Shown in pieces: positions 9,239-19,525 of a DNA stretch of 64,000 nt (its first letter is position 1; the number at the start of each line of letters is the position of its first letter). The notes under the pieces were generated by a model. It was not told where the DNA came from, ran no database searches, and worked only from the letters and a program-made list of their open reading frames with translations. This stretch comes from an uncultured delta proteobacterium (GTDB lineage: Bacteria; Myxococcota_A; Polyangia; Fen-1088), in NCBI GenBank assembly GCA_963796685.1, contig CAWCMR010000025.1, positions 192,001 through 256,000 on the forward strand. The letters run 5' to 3'. A program made the position numbers and the translations under genes.

Positions 9239-11194
9239 TCAGCGCGAAACCACAGTGGCCCATCCCGTCCCCGGCATCGCGAACTGCAGCTTCTTGTTCG
9301 CGATGGACACGGTCATCGTCTTCGCGGCTCCGGAGTTGTACGCAACCGCGACGATGCTGCCGTCGGGGTTCTTGAACGCCACCGCGTCCCCGCCGGTCGT
9401 CCCGACGACCGTTGCCCCCGGCGCGACGAATTGCGAGAAGTGACGGAAGACGTAGTAGGCCGGCGTGATGTTCAGCGTCTTCGTCGACGTGTCCACCGTC
9501 AGAAGGGCATCCTGCGGCCAGACCCGCTTCGAATCAATACCGATGCCCGCCGTGTCCAACACCATGTTCCACACGCTGTACGAGGTGACACCCTTCTTGA
9601 TCCAGTCTCGAACGAGACCCCAGCTCTCGACGGCGTACGCCTGGTCGTTTGGCGCAACGGTACTGTTGAACGGCGTGGCCCAGGGGTAGTTGCCGCACTT
9701 GTGCTCGGTCTGCCAGATGGGAACATTGTACTGTGTGGAGCTGCTGATGTTGCTATCCATGCCCCATTGGTAACCCAAGACCCGGATGAACCCCTTCGCG
9801 GTGGCGTCGCCCATGACGGTGCTGACGATCGATGTATCGCCCGTACCGCCATTGAAGGTGCCAAGCATGATCTTCGTGGAGAGACCGGCGCTGGCAATCC
9901 CGGGGCCGAGATACTTGCCAACGAGAGTGGTGTAGGTTGCTGGCGCCCACCCGCAAGTGGGGTAGGTCCCGCTGTAGCCCGGCTCGTTCTGGGGGGAGAT
10001 CACTTCGATGGAGATCCCTTGCTCGGCATACGCCTGCACGAACTTGATCAGGTACAGGGCGAACGCTTGCAGCGTGGCGTCGTCCTTCTTCATCGTTCCG
10101 CCGTCGAACGGGAAATCGTCATTGAACGGGCCGTCCTTCATCCACGTCGGCGGCGTCCACGGGCTGGACCAGAAGTGGATGTCGCTCTTTACCGCTTGCG
10201 CCGCCTTGACGTAGGGAATCAGCTTCTCCTCGTCCCGGCTGATCGAGAAGTTGGCGAGGGACGTATCGTTGGCCGTCTCGTCGAGCGTGTAGCGGTCCAT
10301 GGCGTAGTCGGTCGCCCCGATCGGGATTCGGCCGATGGCGAAGTGCGCGCCATCGACGCCGAAAAGAAGGTTCATCGCCTTGTCCCTGTCGGCCTGGCTG
10401 AGCATAGAAAGGAAGTTCCAGCCCATCTCGTTGAAGGAGCCGCCGAAACCCTCCCAGTTCTGTGCCTGAGACGCATCGTTGACGGTCACGTCGACGGTTC
10501 CGCTGGTCACCGTGGTAAGTTGACCGTCGGTTTTCCAGTAGGCGGAGGGGCCCGAGGTGACCAGCGTGGGGGAAGTCCCGGTAGCGCCTGCCGTCGCCGT
10601 CGTGCCCCCGCTCCCCGCCATACCCCCGGTTCCCGTTGTGCCCGCGGTCGACGTCGTACCCCCGCTCGCTGTCGAGCCGCCCGCGGCCGTCGTGCCTCCG
10701 CTCCCTGTCGTGCCCCCGCCCCCTGTCGTGCCACCCGCAGCCGTCGCGCCCCCGCTCCCCGTCGCCCCGGACGCTCCCCCCGTCCCTCCGGAGCCGCTCG
10801 CTCCGCCCGTGCCGTTCGCACCGCCGTTGTTCGTCGACCCGCCAGTGCCTGGCGTTGCGTTGCTGACGCAGGCGCTGTTCGCGCAGTGCTGCGTCACTCC
10901 ACACACATGTCCACACGCGCCGCAGTTGGTGTCGCTGGAGCTCGTGTCCACGCAGGCGGTCCCACACGGTGTTTGTGCGGTTGGGCAGCTCGTCCCCCCC
11001 ATGCCGCCTGTCCCGCCTGTCCCGCCTGTTCCACCTGTCCCGCCTGTCCCGCCTGTTCCAGCTTTGGTGCAAGCCGCAGCGAGGAGCACGAGACCGAGTC
11101 GGACAATCGCATCGGTCGAGAGGACGTGCGTCGAATGGGCGCGCCGGGCGCGCTGAGGGATTCTTGAGCTCGGGAGATTGAATCGCGTCTTCAT
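9239..11194 (-). CDS. GH30 glycoside hydrolase lipoprotein with Cys-rich module and Gly/Thr linker
   Basis: Lipobox AAAC; CGTACVDTSSSDTNCGACGHVC repeat; EGFGGSFNE, RIPIGATDY, SPWTPPTWMK, PQNEPG, WQTEH and VAFKNPDG motifs. Confidence 0.9.
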   Translation of the reverse strand: MKTRFNLPSSRIPQRARRAHSTHVLSTDAIVRLGLVLLAAACTKAGTGGTGGTGGTGGTGGTGGMGGTSCPTAQTPCGTACVDTSSSDTNCGACGHVCGVTQHCANSACVSNATPGTGGSTNNGGANGTGGASGSGGTGGASGATGSGGATAAGGTTGGGGTTGSGGTTAAGGSTASGGTTSTAGTTGTGGMAGSGGTTATAGATGTSPTLVTSGPSAYWKTDGQLTTVTSGTVDVTVNDASQAQNWEGFGGSFNEMGWNFLSMLSQADRDKAMNLLFGVDGAHFAIGRIPIGATDYAMDRYTLDETANDTSLANFSISRDEEKLIPYVKAAQAVKSDIHFWSSPWTPPTWMKDGPFNDDFPFDGGTMKKDDATLQAFALYLIKFVQAYAEQGISIEVISPQNEPGYSGTYPTCGWAPATYTTLVGKYLGPGIASAGLSTKIMLGTFNGGTGDTSIVSTVMGDATAKGFIRVLGYQWGMDSNISSSTQYNVPIWQTEHKCGNYPWATPFNSTVAPNDQAYAVESWGLVRDWIKKGVTSYSVWNMVLDTAGIGIDSKRVWPQDALLTVDTSTKTLNITPAYYVFRHFSQFVAPGATVVGTTGGDAVAFKNPDGSIVAVAYNSGAAKTMTVSIANKKLQFAMPGTGWATVVSR

Positions 11195-11218
11195 GGGTGC
11201 AAGTCCTTGGAGTACGTC

Positions 11219-13786
11219 CTAACGACGATCCCTTTTTCTGCGAAGGCCGAGCGCGGCCGCGCCAAGCCCGATGATCAGCAGCGTTCCGGACGGCCCGCCG
11301 CTGCTGCCAATGCGGCAAGAGCAGCCTGAGGCCGCGCTGCCGGGGGTGGTGGTTCCGCCGGAACCACCGGAGTTACCGCCTGCGCCGCTGCCCGTGCTGC
11401 CGCCAAGGCCGCTGCCCGTGCTGCCGCCAAGGCCGCCGGTCGCGCTGCCTCCCGCGCCGCCATTCGAATTGCCGCCGGAGCCGCCGGTCGCGCGGGCGCT
11501 GCTCCCGCCCATGCCACCAACCGTGCTGCCGCCCGCGCCACCCTTCGCGCTGCCTGTGGTACCGCCGGTCGCGCTGCCACCCGTACCGCCGGGCGCGCCA
11601 CCGCCACCACTGGCACTGCCACCCGTGCCACCAGGTCCACTCCCGCCTGCGCCACCACCGCCACTACCACTGCCGCCTGTGCCGCCAGGTGCGCCACCGC
11701 CGCTCGTTCCACCGGCACCTGTCCCTCCACTCCCCGCCGGAGTGTCAGACGCTTGAAACTTCAGCCAATCGAGCTCGATCGCGCCGCCAAAGACAACGTA
11801 TAGCTTTGCCACCCCCGTCACCGGCGAGCTCAGCGCGCACGTCTGTGTCGCCCAGGCGTTGGAAGTGGAGCTCACCGTACACTTGCCCAAAAGAGTGCCG
11901 GTCTGAGTATCCGCATGCAGCTCGAGGCTGGTGTCAGCCGCCGTCTTGACGCGCAGCTGAACGGCATTGACGCCGCTGTCGGTGTAGTCGACGTTCTCGA
12001 AGTACACGTAGCTGCCGCTACTGACCGATATCGACTGTCCCAGGGTATCGTCGCCGCTGTCTTTCTTGGTCGCCCCCGACTGACCGTCGTAGTCCTCACC
12101 TTCGATCTCTACAAGGGAGTTGCGGCCGGTCAGCGGGCGTTTCGTTCCGAGGATGATGAGCGTCCCGGCCTGCCGGTCCAGGTCGAAGGTCGCGCTGAAC
12201 GAGGTGGTGACGGCCTGCTGGGCGACAGGCTGCGCCAGTGCCAAGTGCTGCGCATGGCGCAGCTCTTGCCATTGCGCCTCGCTCAGGCTCGTGGGTGAGC
12301 CCTGGCCGGTCCAAACGCTGTAGGGGTTGCTGTGGGTTTCGTCCACGAGGAACTGGGTAACGTAGATTTGCTTCCCCGACAGGGCGGAGGGCAGATTGCT
12401 CACGTTGAGGGTCACACTCTCCGCGGGCGTGCTGGCGGTGTTGAGGGTCTTGTAGAAGTTGTAGACCACGATCTGAATCTCGTCGCCGGCGTCGGACATG
12501 GCAGCCATGGCGTCGACTCCGTCATTGTTGCCCGTGCCGCCAGCGGGCTGCAGCCGTTTGGGTCCAAGGTAGTTCAGCATCTTGAAAGCATTGAAGGCCG
12601 CCTTGCGCACGCCCTGCACGGTCATGAGGCCGAACACCTGCCCGAAGGGTACGTTCTTGCCGATCATGTACGAACCGCTGGTGCCGCTGGACTCGTCGAA
12701 GACGTCGGACAACACCCAATACGAGAACACGTCGAGCGGCGGCGTGTCGCCCGAGTCCTTGTCGGAGAGCAGCTTGACGCTCTTGAGAATGAACCCGACG
12801 TTCCAGTGGTTATCCATGCTCTTGACGACGTCTGCCGTATTCCCTCCCTGGCCGGAATACGACGAATTCCACTCGGTGTTGAACGATTTCACGTCCGTCG
12901 TCGTGTAGCCTCCGCCGGTGATGCCGCTGACCCGCGTGTTGTTGTCATTGACGAGCCCGACGGCATCGGCGCTGGTGGAGCTTGCCTTGGTCCCGTCGCC
13001 GCCTGGATAGTTGTGGGATGATGCAAAGGTTACGCGCGTGCCCGCGCTCTTGCAGTGCTGCATGAATGCCTTGACTGGGCTGGGTCCAGTCGTCACCGGC
13101 CCTCCTACGAGCACGTTGGGTATCACGGAGGTGAGGGCGGCGACCGTGTTGTCGTAAAGGGTGTAGTACGCATTCATGTCCGTGTTCACCCAGAACCCGG
13201 AATAGTCCGGCTCGTTCCACACCTCCCAGTACCAGGTCGCGACCTCGCTCGCGCCGTACTTGTCCACGCAGTGCTGGGCCACGGCCGTGATGAAATTCTT
13301 CCACGCGGTGTAGTCCTTGGGCGGGCTGCGGGTGGCATTGCTGGAGCTGCTCCCTAGAGTGCTGGGCATGAAGTCCAGCTCCATGAAGGGGTGCATTCCT
13401 GCTGACGTGATGGCCGTCAGGTACGTGTCGAATTTCGTGAAGTCGTAGCTGCCCGCCGCCTTGTAGATGCCCATGTCGTCGTTGAGGACGCCATGGCCGC
13501 GCACGCTCTGAAAGCCGGCCTCGCGGTTTCCAATCTTGAAGTGCGTCTGCAGATCCCCCCGCAGAATCAGACTGGCGGTGCCCGTACCGACAGCGGCGGT
13601 CCAAAAACGGGGATTTCCCGTCGTCTTCGAGGCGTCCACGGTGATGGTGGCTGCGCTCGCTACCCCGGCGTGGGCAAGAAGCAATAGCCCCAGTGCGGCA
13701 GCCACCGGAGCGTGCGCTGGAGGGATCGTCCGCGTGTCGCGGGACACTCTCGGTCTCGATGCGGTAAGGCGAAACACCGTGGTCAT
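11219..13786 (-). CDS. GH39 beta-xylosidase-like enzyme + CBM6 + Gly/Ser/Thr linker + MYXO-CTERM
   Basis: ATG 13786 after GAGGAG; VRGHG, ELDFMP, EVWNEPD, NTEWNS and YWVLSDVFDE motifs; EIEGEDY...LYVVF..ELDWLKF CBM6; SGCSC-hydrophobic-RRKRDRR tail. Confidence 0.9.
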   Translation of the reverse strand: MTTVFRLTASRPRVSRDTRTIPPAHAPVAAALGLLLLAHAGVASAATITVDASKTTGNPRFWTAAVGTGTASLILRGDLQTHFKIGNREAGFQSVRGHGVLNDDMGIYKAAGSYDFTKFDTYLTAITSAGMHPFMELDFMPSTLGSSSSNATRSPPKDYTAWKNFITAVAQHCVDKYGASEVATWYWEVWNEPDYSGFWVNTDMNAYYTLYDNTVAALTSVIPNVLVGGPVTTGPSPVKAFMQHCKSAGTRVTFASSHNYPGGDGTKASSTSADAVGLVNDNNTRVSGITGGGYTTTDVKSFNTEWNSSYSGQGGNTADVVKSMDNHWNVGFILKSVKLLSDKDSGDTPPLDVFSYWVLSDVFDESSGTSGSYMIGKNVPFGQVFGLMTVQGVRKAAFNAFKMLNYLGPKRLQPAGGTGNNDGVDAMAAMSDAGDEIQIVVYNFYKTLNTASTPAESVTLNVSNLPSALSGKQIYVTQFLVDETHSNPYSVWTGQGSPTSLSEAQWQELRHAQHLALAQPVAQQAVTTSFSATFDLDRQAGTLIILGTKRPLTGRNSLVEIEGEDYDGQSGATKKDSGDDTLGQSISVSSGSYVYFENVDYTDSGVNAVQLRVKTAADTSLELHADTQTGTLLGKCTVSSTSNAWATQTCALSSPVTGVAKLYVVFGGAIELDWLKFQASDTPAGSGGTGAGGTSGGGAPGGTGGSGSGGGGAGGSGPGGTGGSASGGGGAPGGTGGSATGGTTGSAKGGAGGSTVGGMGGSSARATGGSGGNSNGGAGGSATGGLGGSTGSGLGGSTGSGAGGNSGGSGGTTTPGSAASGCSCRIGSSGGPSGTLLIIGLGAAALGLRRKRDRR

Positions 13787-14166
13787 GTATGTCTCCTCGT
13801 TTGTGCTGCCAGGGGCCGACCCCATGCAATCGGGTCTGCCGATTCTATCGAATGGGGTGACGCCGCGTCCATGAGGCGAGGGTACAATCCGTCCAGGGTA
13901 GAATCCATTGTGCTTGGCAGTGGCGGGACCACCTGAATTCCGTCTGGCTTCTTGCTCCCTCCACCGTCGCAAACCTGAAGCGGCCCGGCATCTGGGTGCA
14001 GGTGCCACCCCAGCTCCCGTAGGAGCGCGCCGGCATTGACCAAAGGGGACCCGTGGCTTCCTGTCTGGAAACTAGTGCAGAGGGTGCCGTGCTCCAGTAA
14101 GGTAACCGGCATTTGCCACCGGCAAGCTTCCGGAACGTGCTCGGCTTCCTCGCGTTTCGACCGAAG

Positions 14167-16179
14167 ATGGACACCACCTATAACGCGTCTGACCTGGCCG
14201 CCGTGTCCCTCACGGCAGCGGTCGTCGCCGTCTGGGCGGAGGCTGCGGGAGGCTCGTTTTCGTTTCTCGCGCTCGTCGCCTGCGAGGCGGCTTTTCTCGC
14301 GTTCTACCTGGTGGGCTCCCTCTTCGCCGGCTGGCGAGCTTTGGCAGCGGGCGTCCTCTTCGATCTTCCGCTGCGCTTGCTCATGGGCTACGCCGCCGTC
14401 AATACTGCGCTGCTCGTGCTGGCCTGGCTCTCTCCGCTCGGCATCATCGCCAACTTCGGCATCTTGCTCGCGGTCGCGGTCTCCCTGTTCGTCGCCGCAA
14501 GACCGGTCAGGCGGCCGAACCAAGACCATCCAGTCGGGCTGTTGGTCCTCGCCTTGTCCTTGGCCGCTGCCACGCTGTGGTGCCAAGACTCGCTCCGCCC
14601 CACATCGGTGGCAGGCGACGTGGTCGTGTTCAAGCCATGGATCGACGGCTTCTATCACGCGGTTCACATTCGAATCTTCGGCGCCAGCCACGGGGCGTCC
14701 TCCATCGAGGACTTCCGGTTGGCGGGCATGCCTGCCCGCATCTACCACTATGGGGCCTATCTGACGCCGGCCCTTATCAAGCAGGCGTCGGGAATCCATT
14801 CGTACGCCGCCTTCGCCGGGATTTTGGCCCCCATGGGGGTCTTCTTCACCGGGCTCGCGGCCTACGCCCTCGTCGGCTCCTTCTGGGGCCCCTGGCCGGG
14901 GCTTGCCGCATGCGCGGCGCTGCTGCTCTTGCCCGATGGCGCCCAGCAGGGGATGCGGAACACGTTCATGTCGTATCACTGGCTCACCCAGATCTCGCCC
15001 AGCGCAAGCTACGGCCTCGGCCTGCTGGCTGTCGCCTGGCTCTTCGTCCTGCGCGGGTGCACGCAGGGCAATCGCTTGCAGCTCCTCGCGGGCTGGCTGC
15101 TGGCAGGAATTCTCGCCTTCTACAAGCTGCACTTCTTCATCGCGAGCGCGCTCCTGCTCTGGCTCGTGCCTCCGCTGTTCTTCCGTTCCGACCTTCGCCC
15201 GCTCGGGCTTGCCAAGCGGGCCCTGTGGGCACTCTCTGCCGTCGCGGTCTATGTCGTGACCCTCGTCGCCGTACAGAGGGTGCCCGGCGTTCCCATCATC
15301 CGTTTCGACGGATCGAGCGTGGGCGAGATCCTCAAGCTGGTCAAGACTTTCACGCAGCCGGGGCCCTTGCGCAACTTCCTTGCCGATCGCATCGGGAGGG
15401 AAAGCCCCTTGCTTTCGAACCTCCTCTTCGGGGTTCCCTTCATTCTGCTGGCAGCTCTCGGGCTCTTCGCGCCGTTGCTGGTGGTTCTGTCCATCCGCAT
15501 GCGTAAGCGCACTCCTCTCGTGCTCGTGCTCTTCCCGCTCCTGCTCGTGGCCAATTTCCTGGCGATGTTCTTCGGGCTGGCGCTCGACTTCAGGAGCAGC
15601 ACGCCCGACGAGCTGTCGCACCGCCCGGTCATGGTGATGTACTTTGTTGTCGTGGCGTGGGTCGGCGGGGCGGCTGGCCTGTCGTTGCTCGAGTCGCGGC
15701 GCCTTGGGCGTTTTGCCCGACCGGCGATGCTCGGCTTGGCCATCCTGCTCATGGCCGTCCCGGCGTTCCTCGGATCGGGTGTCCAAAGGATGTGGGCCAT
15801 GCGCATGTTCTGTCCCGTCCGAGTCCCCATCGGCCTCTATCGGGCAGCCGAATACATGCGCGACCACGGTGATGCGCAAGACATCTTCCAGGATGCTCAG
15901 TTCGATCGGACCAGCACCTTGGCCGCCCTATCGGAGCGAAGGGCGTACGCCGCACACACGATGACGATCATGCCCTACCACCGAGAACGCGTGGAAGAGC
16001 GAGAGGAGGCCATCGAGAAGCTCATGCAACTTCGCGACCCCGTTGCGGTTGCCGCCACCGCTCACCGGCTCGGTCTTCGTTGGTTTCTGCTCGAACCTAG
16101 CGACAAGGTCGAATGGTCAGAAGAGATTGCCAGGTGGATGGTATTCGAGCTGCGTGGATACAGGCTCTATCGATTCTGA
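14167..16179 (+). CDS. Large polytopic membrane protein, probable GT-C-fold glycosyltransferase
   Basis: Many TM helices; loop motifs DGFYH and YHYGAY; C-terminal soluble domain (AEYMRDHGDAQDIF...LAALSERRAY) like GT-C tails; start uncertain. Confidence 0.5.
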   Translation: MDTTYNASDLAAVSLTAAVVAVWAEAAGGSFSFLALVACEAAFLAFYLVGSLFAGWRALAAGVLFDLPLRLLMGYAAVNTALLVLAWLSPLGIIANFGILLAVAVSLFVAARPVRRPNQDHPVGLLVLALSLAAATLWCQDSLRPTSVAGDVVVFKPWIDGFYHAVHIRIFGASHGASSIEDFRLAGMPARIYHYGAYLTPALIKQASGIHSYAAFAGILAPMGVFFTGLAAYALVGSFWGPWPGLAACAALLLLPDGAQQGMRNTFMSYHWLTQISPSASYGLGLLAVAWLFVLRGCTQGNRLQLLAGWLLAGILAFYKLHFFIASALLLWLVPPLFFRSDLRPLGLAKRALWALSAVAVYVVTLVAVQRVPGVPIIRFDGSSVGEILKLVKTFTQPGPLRNFLADRIGRESPLLSNLLFGVPFILLAALGLFAPLLVVLSIRMRKRTPLVLVLFPLLLVANFLAMFFGLALDFRSSTPDELSHRPVMVMYFVVVAWVGGAAGLSLLESRRLGRFARPAMLGLAILLMAVPAFLGSGVQRMWAMRMFCPVRVPIGLYRAAEYMRDHGDAQDIFQDAQFDRTSTLAALSERRAYAAHTMTIMPYHRERVEEREEAIEKLMQLRDPVAVAATAHRLGLRWFLLEPSDKVEWSEEIARWMVFELRGYRLYRF

Positions 16180-16410
16180 GGCGTCGTTACGCGGGGCCGA
16201 GCGTATGTTCCGGCAAAGGCGAGAGCAAACGCCACCCTGGCGAGCCACCTGACACCACGACGCTCCCCTTGTGCTGGTATGGCCCTTGGTTCTCGCCCAA
16301 TGAGGCTTCTAGCTGTGGCGCTTCGGTGATCGCCTTTTGCATGGCCCGACCTGGGATGTCAACCAGGAATTCCTTGCAAACCTTTGTCCATGCAGCCAAC
16401 ATATGCTGCC

Positions 16411-17274
16411 ATGAGCCAGTCTACTGGATATCCGGGCAGTCGGTGCCTCATAACGTGCAGCACCTTGATACCTCTCACTCTCTTGACGCTTACAGCCACG
16501 CCCGCACTTGGCGACGGCAAGCACGCCCAGGAGCGCGCCGCCCGAAAGGCATGTCTTGGCGGCGACTACATCAAAGGCGTCAACATTCTGGCGGATCTCT
16601 TCGTCGATACGAAGGACCCTACTTACATCTTCAACCAAGGTCGTTGCTTCGAACAAAATCATCGGTACGAGGACGCCGTCTCCCGGTTCGAGGAGTACTT
16701 GCGCATGCCCGAAGGGGAGCTGGATGCAACGGGACGATCCGCGGCTAAGAAGCACATCGCTGATTGCAAGAATCGGATTCTCCCCGACCAACCGAGCAGG
16801 TCCGAAGCGTCAGCGCCCCGGCCGTTTGTTCCGCCTCCTCCTATTCCCGCCGCGCCTCCAGAGACCACAAGTACATTGACTCCGTCGCCGTCTGCGATGA
16901 CACCAACGTCGTCCACATCGATCACCTCTCAACCCGAGCCCACCGTCAGCGGGTCGGGTCTGCGAGTCGCTGGCATCGTCACAGCATCCGTTGGCGTCGC
17001 TGCCGTGGTCACTGGGATTCTCCTCAACGTCAAGGTCAATGGCATGGTCGACAGCATGGACACAACCATCGGCAACTACGAAGCCAAGAATTCAGACCGC
17101 AAGACCTACGAAACCATAGCATGGATAGGCTACGGTGCGGGCGCAGCATGTCTAGTCACGGGCGCCATTTTGTACCGTTTCGGACTTAGCCGCGCACGCG
17201 CGGCCACCAGCCTTGCCCTCTTGCCCGCGGTTGGCCCTGACCGGGCGGGCGCTCTGTTGAGTGGAGAGTTCTGA
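16411..17274 (+). CDS. Myxobacterial TPR-like exported protein with Pro linker, two Gly-rich hydrophobic segments and terminal Phe
   Basis: Signal peptide; YIFNQGRCFEQNHRYEDAVSRFEEYL TPR-like helix pair; ends ...GALLSGEF; TGA overlaps the next ATG. Confidence 0.75.
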   Translation: MSQSTGYPGSRCLITCSTLIPLTLLTLTATPALGDGKHAQERAARKACLGGDYIKGVNILADLFVDTKDPTYIFNQGRCFEQNHRYEDAVSRFEEYLRMPEGELDATGRSAAKKHIADCKNRILPDQPSRSEASAPRPFVPPPPIPAAPPETTSTLTPSPSAMTPTSSTSITSQPEPTVSGSGLRVAGIVTASVGVAAVVTGILLNVKVNGMVDSMDTTIGNYEAKNSDRKTYETIAWIGYGAGAACLVTGAILYRFGLSRARAATSLALLPAVGPDRAGALLSGEF

Positions 17275-19508
17275 TGAATGCGACTACGACCTCGGTTGGG
17301 CAAATGCGTAGTCAATGTGCGACTGTCTGGGTGCCACTACTGCTCTGCCTGAGTGCACCCGCCTGCTTCCGATCCCCGGATACCTCGAAGATCCCATGTG
17401 TCGAAGCAGCCAACTGTCCAAACGGCTACCACTGTGCGAAACCCCAGGGAACGAACCAGGGAACTTGTGCCCCGGGGCCGGCATCCGCCGATGGGAGCAT
17501 CACCGACCTATCCACGTTGGCTGGGCTCGGCGGCAAAGGTGGGGGCTTGGCTGATGCCGCGCTCGGCATAGACACAAGCGACGCAAGGACTGCCAACGCT
17601 GACAGCATGTTGTTCGACGTAAGCCCAGGTGGGACAGGGGGCGTAGGCGGATCGGCCGGTTCCGCGGCATCGGGCGGTTCAACATCATCTGGAGGCACGA
17701 CCTCTGCCCCGGATGCTCCGAGCGGGGCCGGAGGCACGACCTCGCCCCCGGATGCCCCCATAACAAATGACGTATCCGACGCCCCGACGACTCTGCCAAA
17801 CGGTTCAGCCTGCATGGTTCATGACCAGTGCAGCAGTGGTTTTTGTGTCGATGGTCATTGCTGCAATAGCAATTGCGACGGGAATTGCGCGTCCTGCGCA
17901 ACCGGAACCTGCAGCTTCACCTCGACACCCCGAACGCCTTGCGCTGGCTCCGGCAAGTGCGCCGGCATTTGCGACAAGTCGAACACGAAAGCTTGCACCT
18001 TCGACAACACAACGGTCTGTGCTGCTCAGAGCTGCTCGAGTGGTGTGCGCACGAACAAGTCGATATGCGATGGCCAGGGCAACTGTCCAGCTCCGACCAC
18101 GACCACCTGCAACGGCAACCAGTGCGCGGCCGACGGCAATGACTGCGCCACCTGCACCGACGAGCCCACGGCAACGACCTGCGCCGGCGGCCACTGCGGC
18201 CCGACCGCCAACAATTGCGGCCATACGGTACAGTGCTCGACGACGTGCACGGGCAATTACCAAACATGTGGAGGCGGTGGCGTGACTGGCATGTGCGGCT
18301 GCACCTCCGTCAGCACAAGCCAGACGTGCGGAACATCCAACTGCGGCACGCCAACCGACAATTGCGGGAAACAGGTCAGTTGCGGAACCTGCTCCGGTTC
18401 GAACACATGCGGTGGTGGCGGAACGGCCAATGTTTGCGGGTGCACGACCAACAGCAATGGATGCGTCGGACGCGCCTGTGGAAGCGCGTCTGATGGATGC
18501 ACCGGCACGATTACGTGTGGCTCCTACAGTGGCGGCTGTCAGACTGGGTACCAATGCAATACCACCACAGGCCAATGCTCGTGTGTGCCGAATAACAATG
18601 CGTGCGTCGGTCGCGCCTGCGGCACCGCATCCGACGGATGCACCGGTACGATTGCGTGTGGCTCCTACAATGGTGGTTGTCAGACTGGGTACCAGTGCAA
18701 CACCACCACAGGCCAATGCTCGTGCGTGCCGAATAACAATGCGTGCACCGGTCGCCAATGTGGTACCGCATCCGACGGATGCACCGGTACGATTGCGTGT
18801 GGCTCCTACAATGGTGGTTGTCAGACTGGGTACCAGTGCAACACCACCACAGGCCAATGCTCATGTGTGCCGAATCCCTCTCCGTGTGGCACTCGTGTCT
18901 GCGGCTCGGTGTCCAACGGGTGCGGCGGCACCACTTCATGCGGCACCTGTGCGACGGGGCAATCCTGCGACGGAAATGGAAAGTGTCAATGCAATTCGGG
19001 TGCTACGTCCGTCTGCGGCGGTTGCCTTAGCTGGGGCTTCGAATCGGGCACTCAAGGTTGGGGGATTGACACCAGCATGTACGGCGTCAATCCTGGCGCA
19101 ATTATCTTGGGCAGAGTGAGCCAGAGCGCGAGTCAACACCACTCTGGTAGTTACTCCCTGTCATTTTACACTCAGTTCGATGGCCAAGTCACTATCGATG
19201 CCACAGTGGCAGTGAATGTATGCGCCGCGGCCACGAACGTGTATGGACTCCAGGTTTCTGGATACGTCATGGCCGTACCTGACACAGGCTACTCCACGCT
19301 TCCCAACAACATACTGTCGGTATACTCTGACGCCATGGCACCTGTGATTCAGCTCGGCATTCACAGTGTCAACACCTGGATCCCGTTCGTGGGGACTTTT
19401 ACTCTGTCCCCGGGATCTTTGACTTTCTTGGGTTTGGACTTCAAGGTAACCGGTGCCGCATGGAACGGAACGCTCTATGTTGATGACGTAACGATTGCTG
19501 CTCCGTAA
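17274..19508 (+). CDS. Cys-rich repeat surface lipoprotein with C-terminal CBM-like beta-sandwich
   Basis: Lipobox APAC; CSSGFCVDGHCC and many CG..C repeats; C-terminal FESGTQGW...HSGSYSL...YVDDV typical of CBM4/9-like folds. Confidence 0.75.
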   Translation: MNATTTSVGQMRSQCATVWVPLLLCLSAPACFRSPDTSKIPCVEAANCPNGYHCAKPQGTNQGTCAPGPASADGSITDLSTLAGLGGKGGGLADAALGIDTSDARTANADSMLFDVSPGGTGGVGGSAGSAASGGSTSSGGTTSAPDAPSGAGGTTSPPDAPITNDVSDAPTTLPNGSACMVHDQCSSGFCVDGHCCNSNCDGNCASCATGTCSFTSTPRTPCAGSGKCAGICDKSNTKACTFDNTTVCAAQSCSSGVRTNKSICDGQGNCPAPTTTTCNGNQCAADGNDCATCTDEPTATTCAGGHCGPTANNCGHTVQCSTTCTGNYQTCGGGGVTGMCGCTSVSTSQTCGTSNCGTPTDNCGKQVSCGTCSGSNTCGGGGTANVCGCTTNSNGCVGRACGSASDGCTGTITCGSYSGGCQTGYQCNTTTGQCSCVPNNNACVGRACGTASDGCTGTIACGSYNGGCQTGYQCNTTTGQCSCVPNNNACTGRQCGTASDGCTGTIACGSYNGGCQTGYQCNTTTGQCSCVPNPSPCGTRVCGSVSNGCGGTTSCGTCATGQSCDGNGKCQCNSGATSVCGGCLSWGFESGTQGWGIDTSMYGVNPGAIILGRVSQSASQHHSGSYSLSFYTQFDGQVTIDATVAVNVCAAATNVYGLQVSGYVMAVPDTGYSTLPNNILSVYSDAMAPVIQLGIHSVNTWIPFVGTFTLSPGSLTFLGLDFKVTGAAWNGTLYVDDVTIAAP
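18462..18875 (+). repeat. Three tandem 141-bp (47-aa) intragenic repeats
   Basis: Units start at 18462, 18603 and 18744 (C.GR.CG.ASDGCTGTI.CGSY.GGCQTGYQCNTTTGQCSCVPN). Confidence 0.95.
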
Positions 19509-19509
19509 A

Positions 19510-19525
19510 CCCGCCTTACGGCGGG
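19510..19525 (+). terminator. Short GC hairpin after the Cys-rich gene (possible terminator)
   Basis: CCCGCC-ttac-GGCGGG just after the stop codon; no U-tract. Confidence 0.35.

Noticed and set aside
10560-11720. Long Pro/Val-rich plus-strand ORFs and 9-24-bp repeats
   Set aside because: Reverse complements of Gly/Thr/Ser linker codons in the GH30 and GH39 genes
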